From: a virus
Taxonomy: Duplodnaviria; Caudoviricetes
IMG/VR virus record: IMGVR_UViG_3300014167_000007
Location: 1 to 33,886 of that record
Strand: one strand, 5' to 3'
Length of the DNA stretch: 33,886 nucleotides
The notes below the pieces were generated by a model, which did not search any database, had not been told where the DNA came from, and was given only the letters and a program-made list of their open reading frames with translations. The first letter of the stretch is position 1; each line of letters opens with the position of its first letter. Position numbers and translations under genes: made by a program. Below, in pieces: positions 1-6,983 of this stretch.

Positions 1-1
1 C

Positions 2-253
2 AAGAACAAAAAGAACCTGGCCGTCTATAACGAGGCCGTGAAAGCGATCATCGCCGAATGCGCTAAAAAGCCCGGCCTGCTCACGGAGATTGGAAACCAG
101 TTTGATCGGCTGTCCGGCAAACGGCTTACCCGGCAGGTGTTCCATCAATGGCTGAACCCGGACCCATCGAAGCGCGTGGAACCAAAATACGGGTCAGCGG
201 TGCTGCTCCTGGCGGCGGCTGAGGCGGCAAGGAAGGCGGTGGGAATTCCGTGA
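2..253 (+). CDS. Cro/XRE-like helix-turn-helix protein, probably 5'-truncated by the window edge
   Basis: Frame is open from base 2 through the GTG at 38; 'LTEIGNQF..LSGKRLTRQVFHQWLN....RVEP' resembles an HTH ending in W..P. Confidence 0.5.
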   Translation, partial: KNKKNLAVYNEAVKAIIAECAKKPGLLTEIGNQFDRLSGKRLTRQVFHQWLNPDPSKRVEPKYGSAVLLLAAAEAARKAVGIP

Positions 254-522
254 ACATCTGGAAATGGCTGACAGCGCCTGGTAAAAAAACATCCATGCTG
301 AGAGACAGTAACGGAAAATATGTCGCCTCAGTCACGGAGCCGGGGCCGTCACGACTCCGGAGAATCATATCCCGAATTGGTGACACCAAAATAAAAACAC
401 CGGACCGCATCCCCATGTTCTGCGCCGGATGCTTCCTTTTGATCGGTCCTCAATCTCCAGTAATCACGCAATTCTGCGTGGCCATGATTTTACTGGATCT
501 GGCCGTCGAATATCGACGCTGA
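250..522 (+). CDS. Hypothetical small membrane protein
   Basis: GTGA overlap with upstream stop; hydrophobic C-terminal half. Confidence 0.55.
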   Translation: MNIWKWLTAPGKKTSMLRDSNGKYVASVTEPGPSRLRRIISRIGDTKIKTPDRIPMFCAGCFLLIGPQSPVITQFCVAMILLDLAVEYRR

Positions 523-552
523 CAAATTAAGCAACCCAAACCAAAAGGAAAA

Positions 553-771
553 ATGAGAATCACAAATACAATCGCAATCATCGTCGGCCTGGCCCTGGCT
601 TTCGCTGGGGGCATGGCGCTGCAAAACCTGCGGGACGGCGAGACGTTTATTCAGCTTGAGAAGCAACTGGACGGATGGCGGGATTACGCCATCGCCGTCC
701 AGCCGAAGCAGACGGACAAAGAGCTTGAGGAATTGTGGACAACCAACAGCGGAAAGGCGGTGGCCAAGTGA
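553..771 (+). CDS. Hypothetical protein with N-terminal transmembrane/signal segment
   Basis: A/C-rich leader; MRITNTIAIIVGLALAFAGG. Confidence 0.65.
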   Translation: MRITNTIAIIVGLALAFAGGMALQNLRDGETFIQLEKQLDGWRDYAIAVQPKQTDKELEELWTTNSGKAVAK

Positions 772-1025
772 ACCTGCAAATCGCAAATGAGATCCAAGCA
801 GAACAGGAACATGGCCGCCAAAAATACGGCAAAGGCCCAAACGACTTTGGACACGATGACCTGCACGCCCGCGAGGACTGGCATCAATTCATTGCCGACA
901 TGAACGAACGGGCCAGAAACGGAACTCCGATGGAGCGACGACAATACCTCATCAAGGTCGCAGGACTTTGCGTGTCAGCGGTAGAATCATTGGACCGACG
1001 GATGAAAGGCAATTATGAACGCTAA
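768..1025 (+). CDS. Phage hypothetical protein, possibly MazG-like all-alpha fold
   Basis: GTGA-coupled start at 768; 'EIQAEQEHGRQKYG...LIKVAGLCVSAVESLDR' pattern recalled from phage MazG-like proteins. Confidence 0.55.
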   Translation: MNLQIANEIQAEQEHGRQKYGKGPNDFGHDDLHAREDWHQFIADMNERARNGTPMERRQYLIKVAGLCVSAVESLDRRMKGNYER

Positions 1026-1989
1026 CCAAGAACCCCTCGACCAATACTACGGATTCCTGCCCACGGCGAAGACGCTGGAGCAGAAACGTACCCTTGGGAC
1101 AAGAGCGGAGGGCGATCAAGGTTTCGTCGACGGAGCTTGGCTCCCACTGGACCCCACTCCCGCCGCAACAACCTACAGCGCATTCGGTTGTCCCATCCGC
1201 CGTCCCATCGACGTGAACGGCGACCAGCCGAAGGGGCGGGAGCCTTACGAACTGGCGCCAAAGGACGCGGCCGATGTTTACGCCGTTGAGATAACATCGG
1301 ACGGTCTGAAATGGCACCGGGTATGGGCATCCATTAACATGTCGGAATACTTGTCACTGAATCCCGAAATCCTCGCCGTGCGACGCCGGAAGCAGGTGGC
1401 GGAACCTCAATACGTCTGCCCCCAGTCAGTGTTGGACGCGGCCAAAGGGCCGGTGTTTACGCCGTCGAATCCAATGAAGGAACCAACCGCACCAATCTAC
1501 ACGCCAGCGGAGCTGGACGCGGCGGCGAAGGATTTGTTTCCTGAAATTAGCAAACCGTTGTTCTGCTCCAAAAACCGCGAAGCCTGCCGCCGCCACATCG
1601 CGAAGGTGAAGGAGTTGCAAACGCTTGCCGACCAATACAAAGCCGATTACTACGAAGCGGTTGAAAACGGCAAGCAACTCGCCGCTCAAATCCCGCGCTG
1701 GCACCGTGTCCGCGACGGCAAGCTGCCGGGGAAGGGAGAGCCGTTTGACGCTTACAACGAAAATGAACATTCAGGCGGACACCTCCCTTTCGGGTCAGTG
1801 GGTGTAGAGGAATTATTCAAGTCGATGGGTTACACCCATTGGCACCCCCTCTCTCCCCTCCCCAAACAGAAGAGCGAGGCGGAGCGGTTGTATGGTGAGT
1901 TTAGCAAGCAGCCTCAGTTTGACAGCAACCCGGATAACATAATGATCAAATTCGCCGAGTTCATTCTGGAGCGAAAGGACAAGCAATGA
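1015..1989 (+). CDS. Mosaic phage early protein with DUF551/Eaa-like C-terminal motif
   Basis: 324-aa ORF; 'YTHWHPLSPLP' resembles the THWMPLPEPP motif. Confidence 0.65.
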   Translation: MNANQEPLDQYYGFLPTAKTLEQKRTLGTRAEGDQGFVDGAWLPLDPTPAATTYSAFGCPIRRPIDVNGDQPKGREPYELAPKDAADVYAVEITSDGLKWHRVWASINMSEYLSLNPEILAVRRRKQVAEPQYVCPQSVLDAAKGPVFTPSNPMKEPTAPIYTPAELDAAAKDLFPEISKPLFCSKNREACRRHIAKVKELQTLADQYKADYYEAVENGKQLAAQIPRWHRVRDGKLPGKGEPFDAYNENEHSGGHLPFGSVGVEELFKSMGYTHWHPLSPLPKQKSEAERLYGEFSKQPQFDSNPDNIMIKFAEFILERKDKQ

Positions 1990-2338
1990 CAAACGACGAA
2001 ATCAGAATCGCGGTGGCGGAGTTGCGTGGATGGCGAAACGTGGAACGTCTAAAAGATACCAATGGGCGATGGGCCATTGTTGGCATGACAGGGAACAGAA
2101 ACTACAGAATACCTGTCCCCAACTACCCTGAGTCACTCGATGCCTGTTCGGAGTTTGAGCAGACATTAGGCGGGCATAAGCAGATAAGCTACGGAAGGGA
2201 ACTTCTGCAACTGCTTGGATTTGTGACTCCGCCAAGCGGTTTTTATGAATATGTCACAATCGCAATGGCAACCCCACTCCAACGCTGCCAGGCCTTTCTT
2301 CGCCTGCATGGCAAGTGGAAGGAGGACAAGCAATGACA
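1976..2338 (+). repeat. 16-bp direct repeat AGGACAAGCAATGACA at two consecutive gene junctions (1976-1991, 2323-2338)
   Basis: Exact match read from the sequence; contains AGGA and the ATGA stop/start overlap. Confidence 0.85.
1986..2336 (+). CDS. Phage protein, ABA-sandwich-like family
   Basis: ATGA overlap; 'EIRIAVAELRGW...VPNYPESLDAC...ATPLQRCQAFL' pattern. Confidence 0.65.
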   Translation: MTNDEIRIAVAELRGWRNVERLKDTNGRWAIVGMTGNRNYRIPVPNYPESLDACSEFEQTLGGHKQISYGRELLQLLGFVTPPSGFYEYVTIAMATPLQRCQAFLRLHGKWKEDKQ

Positions 2339-2596
2339 CCGGAAGTTGAATCCATCCTGAGAAGAGTGGAAGCTTTCACGCGAGAGTCTTCCTTGCCTCT
2401 ATGGACCGACTTGAGGCTTGTCTGCTCAACCCTTCGCACCCTCGACGCCGAACTGGTGGAGGCGAGGAAGGACACTGCACGCTTGGAGTGGCTCATAAAA
2501 GCTTCGGGTGCAATTCAGGAGATAGAGATTGCCCCCGGTAAAACCGCCACATTCCGCGATGCGATTGACGCCGCGATGGCGAAAGGAAAAGCGTGA
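2333..2596 (+). CDS. Phage hypothetical protein
   Basis: ATGA overlap; 'KDTARLEWL...FRDAIDAAM' is a common phage early-gene motif. Confidence 0.7.
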   Translation: MTPEVESILRRVEAFTRESSLPLWTDLRLVCSTLRTLDAELVEARKDTARLEWLIKASGAIQEIEIAPGKTATFRDAIDAAMAKGKA

Positions 2597-2742
2597 ACCC
2601 AAACATACTCTGTTGGATCGTGCTGCCGATGCTGTGCGGTGTCATCATCTGGTGGCTTTACCATCTGGTGATGGCCTGCGCCGAAGTGCCGCGCGAACGG
2701 AAGAGCGAAGATTGGCCGCACGAGAGAAAGGACCGCGAATGA
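2593..2742 (+). CDS. 49-aa small membrane protein (MNPNILCWIVLPMLCGVIIWWLYHLV...)
   Basis: Not in the ORF track; GTGA and ATGA overlaps at both ends; one TM helix. Confidence 0.55.
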   Translation: MNPNILCWIVLPMLCGVIIWWLYHLVMACAEVPRERKSEDWPHERKDRE

Positions 2743-2786
2743 GCAAAAACGCTGAACTGAAACCGTGCCCGTTCTGCGGGGATTGA
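2739..2786 (+). pseudogene. 15-codon stub of a Lar-like (restriction alleviation) zinc-finger gene
   Basis: MSKNAELKPCPFCGD*; LKPCPFCG is the typical N-terminus of this family. Confidence 0.6.
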
Positions 2787-2812
2787 CACCCCGCGCCAAA
2801 CCATCGTAAATT
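2783..2812 (+). promoter_or_regulatory. Sigma70-type promoter
   Basis: TTGACA (2783-2788), 18 bp, TAAATT (2807-2812). Confidence 0.65.
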
Positions 2813-2818
2813 CCAAAC

Positions 2819-2920
2819 ATGCAAGACAGTGAAACCAGAATTCAGAAGACCAGCCGGTCAAGCCCGCTTGTGTCGCTGTCTTGCAACTCCGCCAGAGCGG
2901 CGGATCGGCTGGCCTTCTGA
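2819..2920 (+). ncRNA. Structured leader RNA, CI/C4 antisense-RNA-like architecture; overlaps a 33-codon ORF
   Basis: 2820-2832 pairs with 2873-2885; 2842-2859 pairs with 2903-2920; inner hairpin 2888-2904. Confidence 0.55.
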
Positions 2921-2937
2921 GAACTGAAAGAAAAACC

Positions 2938-3768
2938 ATGAGACTGCATCCCCTCTGCAAATTGTTCCCGCAAATCAACGACTCCGAATTGGCTGACCTG
3001 GCCAAAGACATCAAAGCCAATGGCATGCGGGATCCCATTGTCACGCTCGACGGAGAAATCTTGGACGGTCAGAACCGGTTCCGCGCCTGCGAAATGGCTG
3101 GCGTGAAACCGCAATTTGATCCCTATATCGGAGATAATCCCGTCGGCTACGTGATTTCAAAAAACATCGCCCGCCGCCATTTGGACGCCAGCCAGCGGGC
3201 CATGATTGCCGCGGAACTGTCCGGCGGAAAGTGGGGCGGAAATCACACGCCACAGCAAGACGCAAATTTGCGTCTTGCTAATCCAGTGATTACCGATGAG
3301 TCCGCGGCGAAGCTGATGAATGCCAGCGAACGCTCATTGGTGGACGCCCGGGCGGTCAAGACCGCAAGCCCGGAACTGGCCGCAGAAGTCCGGGACGGCA
3401 AGGTGAAATTGAACGCCGCTAAGAAGGCCGCCAAAGCATCACCCAAGGCACTCAAGAAAGCGCTGGCCGAAGGCACGGATGCGGTAAAGAAGCTGGCCAA
3501 AAAGACCGCATCGAAGAAATCGCGCAAAGGCATTTTCTCAGATGACACCAAGGCCAAAGCTCAAGCCAAGCTGGATGCCATCGCGAAAGAACCCGAGCGA
3601 CCGCATATTGAGATGGAGTGCAACCCCATCGACATCATTGAGGAGGTTTACCGGATTCACCAAAAACGGTGGAACGATCCGAAACGGGTTCCGGCTCCGC
3701 GGACCATCGTCGATGCGATTGTAAAGGCGTTCAAGCTGGCCGGATTCAAAGGAACGGTTAAAGCGTGA
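2938..3768 (+). CDS. ParB/Srx-like N-terminal domain protein with HTH and Lys/Ala-rich tail
   Basis: 'HPLCKLFP...LAKDIKANGMRDPIV...ILDGQNRFRAC' and 'NIARRHL..SQRAM' motifs; ATG at 2938 after A-rich leader. Confidence 0.8.
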   Translation: MRLHPLCKLFPQINDSELADLAKDIKANGMRDPIVTLDGEILDGQNRFRACEMAGVKPQFDPYIGDNPVGYVISKNIARRHLDASQRAMIAAELSGGKWGGNHTPQQDANLRLANPVITDESAAKLMNASERSLVDARAVKTASPELAAEVRDGKVKLNAAKKAAKASPKALKKALAEGTDAVKKLAKKTASKKSRKGIFSDDTKAKAQAKLDAIAKEPERPHIEMECNPIDIIEEVYRIHQKRWNDPKRVPAPRTIVDAIVKAFKLAGFKGTVKA

Positions 3769-4337
3769 ATCCAACCGACTCTGATACGCTGGACATCAGC
3801 GACCTCCGCCAGCTTGCAGCAGCCTGGCGGAACCGGTCCATGCAATGGGAGGCTGAATGCCAAAAATTGCGGGAGAAACATCACCAACTTGAGGACCAGA
3901 TTAGAGTCGTCTTGTCGGACTTGGAAACCATGCGCGGAGAGAGGGACGCCGAAACGCAAATCCGTAGAAGCTTGGAAAAAGACATCACCGACCTCAAAGC
4001 AGAATTGGACGCGGCGCGCGCAGCGGGGGGACATTCACCATTACCAACCTCAATGGAGGATTGGACGCAGCGCCAGCGTCCCAACATAGCAGACCCCAAG
4101 AAAGATGCGCCACAGACCATACAGCGCTCCAAAGCGCAGGCATTCACGCCGGGATGCCAAGTCCAACTCAAAAAAGAGTGGATTCTTGGCGACGGCAGAA
4201 TAATTCCAGTCGGCCAGACATTTCACTACCATCACGCCTGGCGCGGAGACCCGCAGAACTATGCCGTAATCGACATCCCCGGACGCAAAGGCGGAGTCGT
4301 CATCCCACACAATCTACTCACCATCATCACACAATGA
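3765..4337 (+). CDS. Hypothetical coiled-coil protein
   Basis: GTGA overlap; heptad-rich N-terminal half. Confidence 0.65.
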   Translation: MNPTDSDTLDISDLRQLAAAWRNRSMQWEAECQKLREKHHQLEDQIRVVLSDLETMRGERDAETQIRRSLEKDITDLKAELDAARAAGGHSPLPTSMEDWTQRQRPNIADPKKDAPQTIQRSKAQAFTPGCQVQLKKEWILGDGRIIPVGQTFHYHHAWRGDPQNYAVIDIPGRKGGVVIPHNLLTIITQ

Positions 4338-4433
4338 CTTTGCGGGCCGCACGGTTGGCGCGAATCCTGAAGGATTGCAGCGCATCGTAGTCATCATCCG
4401 GGCGGCCCGCATTCCATTCTGCCGCTAATCGCT

Positions 4434-4530
4434 GCCCCTTCTGAGCATACCCCTTCCAAAAAAGGAGGGTCATGCCCCATACCCCTTGCGCCCCTTCCAT
4501 CCAGGGTGGTGCGCCCCTTCCATCCATACC
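4434..4530. repeat. Pyrimidine-rich repeat cluster: five CCCCTT, including 17-bp direct repeat TGCGCCCCTTCCATCCA (4487-4503, 4510-4526)
   Basis: Read directly from the sequence. Confidence 0.8.
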
Positions 4531-4641
4531 CATTCACTGGCCGCCCGCAGGCGACAACTTTCCCATTTCATAATCTGACGGCTTCCAGGTCCGGATCACC
4601 ACACTATCCAAAATCTGGACATATAAACCGCATTAAAAAGG

Positions 4642-4714
4642 TTTACACTTTTCGACACCTCGATTTCGATCAATGAATACAGGGGTGTTCGCAATTCTGA
4701 GAGAAAAGTGTAAA
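4642..4714. repeat. 12-bp perfect inverted repeat TTTACACTTTTC / GAAAAGTGTAAA
   Basis: Arms at 4642-4653 and 4703-4714. Confidence 0.85.
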
Positions 4715-4754
4715 GAAACGGGGTAAGGGAATCCGACGTGTCGGAAAAGGCTAC

Positions 4755-4823
4755 ATGTCCAATGTCAGGACATTATCAGGAAAACTGTCTTGAGCTGGGA
4801 CAGTTTTGTCCAGGGATGGGACA
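4755..4823. promoter_or_regulatory. Three tandem TGTCC-N7-GGACA dyad sites (operator or enhancer)
   Basis: ATGTCC-N7-GGACAT 4755-4773; AAAACTGTCT-N7-GGACAGTTTT 4781-4807; TGTCC-N7-GGACA 4807-4823. Confidence 0.7.
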
Positions 4824-4854
4824 CTCCTCAGCACAACCGACGGCTCAATCGGGC

Positions 4855-4870
4855 TGGCACGCAGCCTGCT
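4855..4870 (+). promoter_or_regulatory. Sigma54 (-24/-12) promoter candidate
   Basis: TGGCACGCAGCCTGCT versus consensus TGGCACG-N4-TTGCW; exact GG-N10-GC spacing; intergenic, 43 bp before ATG 4913. Confidence 0.65.
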
Positions 4871-4912
4871 AATGGAGATGTGTCCAGTAATTACACCGGA
4901 CGCAAAAATAAA

Positions 4913-5152
4913 ATGAGAACACAAAAAAATTCAGGTCCGTGCGAACATCCCGGCAGCATCGGAATCCGAAAAGCGTTCGACGGATGCTTTGCGCGAGTCA
5001 TCGCGACAAGCGGCGCGGGAGACCAAAAGCTGACGCTGTGGTATTGTGCTGCAAAAAAACTCGAAGCAATCGAAACCAATGGAGACCCGGTGTTTCCTGG
5101 GGATGAAGGATTCGATGAAGCCCGCGCCGCGCTGAATGGGGGTGGCAAGTGA
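4913..5152 (+). CDS. Hypothetical protein
   Basis: ATG after A-rich leader; coupled to next gene. Confidence 0.6.
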   Translation: MRTQKNSGPCEHPGSIGIRKAFDGCFARVIATSGAGDQKLTLWYCAAKKLEAIETNGDPVFPGDEGFDEARAALNGGGK

Positions 5153-5505
5153 AAGCCCCAATTGTCATCCCTCGCTCGGAGCGCGGGACAAACTATTCGG
5201 TTGCCGGGGAAACCTGGTGCGAGAATTTTGAGCGAGAAAGTTTTGCACAAGCGTTTGCCATTGCGCTCTCGTCGGAAACCGGACAGACGGAAAGCGTGCT
5301 GCGCGAAAGCGATTGCGCGGTTTGGCTTACGAGTCGTCGGCAATGGGAAGGGGGAACGCCCGCCGGGATGCGCCGGGCAGCACGGCGCTACCGGCTCGCC
5401 ATCGACCCGCACACCATTTGGTCATCCTGGGATGCCAGGGTCGCCGCCGGGGTCGCCGCGATCCAATCGGCTGTCCGGCTCCGCGAGTTGAGCCGGATAA
5501 AATAA
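5149..5505 (+). CDS. Hypothetical protein
   Basis: GTGA overlap; followed by a terminator. Confidence 0.6.
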   Translation: MKAPIVIPRSERGTNYSVAGETWCENFERESFAQAFAIALSSETGQTESVLRESDCAVWLTSRRQWEGGTPAGMRRAARRYRLAIDPHTIWSSWDARVAAGVAAIQSAVRLRELSRIK

Positions 5506-5523
5506 TCCATCACCCGCCCATGC

Positions 5524-5551
5524 AGCCCGGCCTAATCCGCCGGGCTTTTTT
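5524..5551 (+). terminator. Rho-independent terminator
   Basis: AGCCCGGC-ctaatcc-GCCGGGCT followed by a T run. Confidence 0.85.
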
Positions 5552-5563
5552 GCGTCCGCATAC

Positions 5564-5720
5564 TGTCCCAAAAAGATACATGTCCAACTGGACATGTCCA
5601 CAAACGGGACATTGAATCCAAGCCGGCAAGCGTCGGAACAATGCTGCCTCCTGAGTAAGCCAATCCGACGCTCGTCGGCAGCCTAATCAGCCAAACCGAT
5701 CAGTGTCCATAAATGGGACG
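5564..5720. promoter_or_regulatory. Second cluster of TGTCC/GGACA dyads
   Basis: ATGTCC-N7-GGACAT 5594-5612; TGTCC-N7-GGACG 5704-5720; degenerate 5564-5580; palindrome ACATGTCCA-ac-TGGACATGT 5578-5597. Confidence 0.65.
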
Positions 5721-5853
5721 CACCGCAGCGCAGTCCCAATAGGCCGCCAGTCTTCTGCGGAACTACCTACCGCATCCAACCCGCTGGCGCGCTGGCTTGG
5801 TGCAACCATGAGTCATTCTGTAACGCTAAAGAATGTAAACAATTCCGACGTTT

Positions 5854-5900
5854 GGGTCCTTCTGTAAGGAATTCCGACGCGAGCAGGTTGCCGAGCTTCG
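5854..5900 (+). other. Probable cos region (cosQ-like GGGTCCT at 5854-5860; nick site expected shortly downstream)
   Basis: Identical to the lambda cosQ heptamer, in non-coding DNA upstream of a lambda-type terminase operon. Confidence 0.55.
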
Positions 5901-5905
5901 AGGAT

Positions 5906-5934
5906 TTGACATGAGAGGCAGAAATTCATAGGTT
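5906..5934 (+). promoter_or_regulatory. Sigma70-type promoter
   Basis: TTGACA (5906-5911), 17 bp, TAGGTT (5929-5934), upstream of ATG 5950. Confidence 0.6.
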
Positions 5935-5949
5935 AGGGGTGTAAAACGA

Positions 5950-6402
5950 ATGCCCGACCAGCCGCACCCATACCATTACAGCGAAGAGCCGCGTTCGGAC
6001 TCTTTCAACGGTGACCACACCGGACTGACCGCTCATTTTCCCTACGCAGAGGTTTTTGCGCGCATGGATGGGCCGTCACTGGATTGCGAGCTGGATTCCG
6101 CGCCATCGGCGGATGGGGCCGAGGCTTTGGCGCATCTGCTGCGGTGGTTCTGGTCTGCGGAGGGTGACGATTGGCACCGGGTCAAGAGTGCTTGCGTGAA
6201 ATTCGTGGCGCTGACGGCCAGCCTCAGACCGGACCTGACTAGGAACATGAACTTCCGGGACTTGGGCATTTGCCTGGGGGTGAGTCGGCAGAGATTGAGC
6301 AAAGCCAGTTTGGAGTTTTCCGACCTTTACGGCATCAAGTGGGGGCGATCATGGAGTAAGACCCAGCGTGATGAGCAACGGAGAAAGATGCGCGAACTGT
6401 GA
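5950..6402 (+). CDS. Sigma70 region-4-like HTH protein; candidate late-gene regulator
   Basis: 'MNFRDLGICLGVSRQRLSK' resembles sigma region 4.2 (TLxEIGxxLGVSRERV). Confidence 0.6.
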   Translation: MPDQPHPYHYSEEPRSDSFNGDHTGLTAHFPYAEVFARMDGPSLDCELDSAPSADGAEALAHLLRWFWSAEGDDWHRVKSACVKFVALTASLRPDLTRNMNFRDLGICLGVSRQRLSKASLEFSDLYGIKWGRSWSKTQRDEQRRKMREL

Positions 6403-6983
6403 AAAAAAAATCTGCGCGCGCTAAAACAAAGTTGAGCGCGAAAGACCGGGTGAAGGGATTGGAAGCCTGCTCTAACGCGATTCGGGAGAAGTTCAACATC
6501 CCATGCTATGACCAATTGATCCGCAAATGGCAGCGGACGCGAAACCCGCCATTCCCGGCGCCCGACAAGGACAAGGTTTATCACCTTGAGGAATGCTTCG
6601 AGTGGGTGCAGAAATACATCATACCAGACCGGAGCGGTGAGACCGCAATGGCGGACTTGGGGAAGCTGGCTTTGGAGGCTGACTACCGGAGCAGGATTGC
6701 GAAGAACGAGCGGGAGCAAATGGAGTTGAAGGCGCTTCAAGGGCAACTGATTGACCGCATGACGGCTTTGCGAAGTGCGCAGGCGGCTTTCCGGTCGCAT
6801 CATGCTTTTGTTCGGCAGGCGCTGGAGAAGCACAGTCCGATTGCGCGGCGGGACAAGCTGGCGGATTTGGGAGTCGCGAAGAAGACCGTGGCGGCCTTCC
6901 ATGCGTGGGATGTGGCGGACGCTCAAAAGACGATTGATGAGATTGAGGCTTCCCTGGCGGAGGAATCCAAAAATGGAGGCTGA
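6399..6983 (+). CDS. terS: Terminase small subunit (Nu1-like)
   Basis: Directly precedes terL; N-terminal winged-HTH-like region then 'RIAKNEREQMELKALQGQLIDR' coiled coil. Confidence 0.75.
   Translation: MKKKSARAKTKLSAKDRVKGLEACSNAIREKFNIPCYDQLIRKWQRTRNPPFPAPDKDKVYHLEECFEWVQKYIIPDRSGETAMADLGKLALEADYRSRIAKNEREQMELKALQGQLIDRMTALRSAQAAFRSHHAFVRQALEKHSPIARRDKLADLGVAKKTVAAFHAWDVADAQKTIDEIEASLAEESKNGG

Noticed and set aside
4340-5950. Possible CRISPR mini-array
   Set aside because: Repeats are short dyads or irregularly spaced; no constant repeat-spacer period
6775-6972. Upstream ORF extensions in the track (6775, 14495, 16946, 20481, 21606, 27679)
   Set aside because: They overlap real genes in another frame; downstream starts with stop/start coupling or signal peptides fit better
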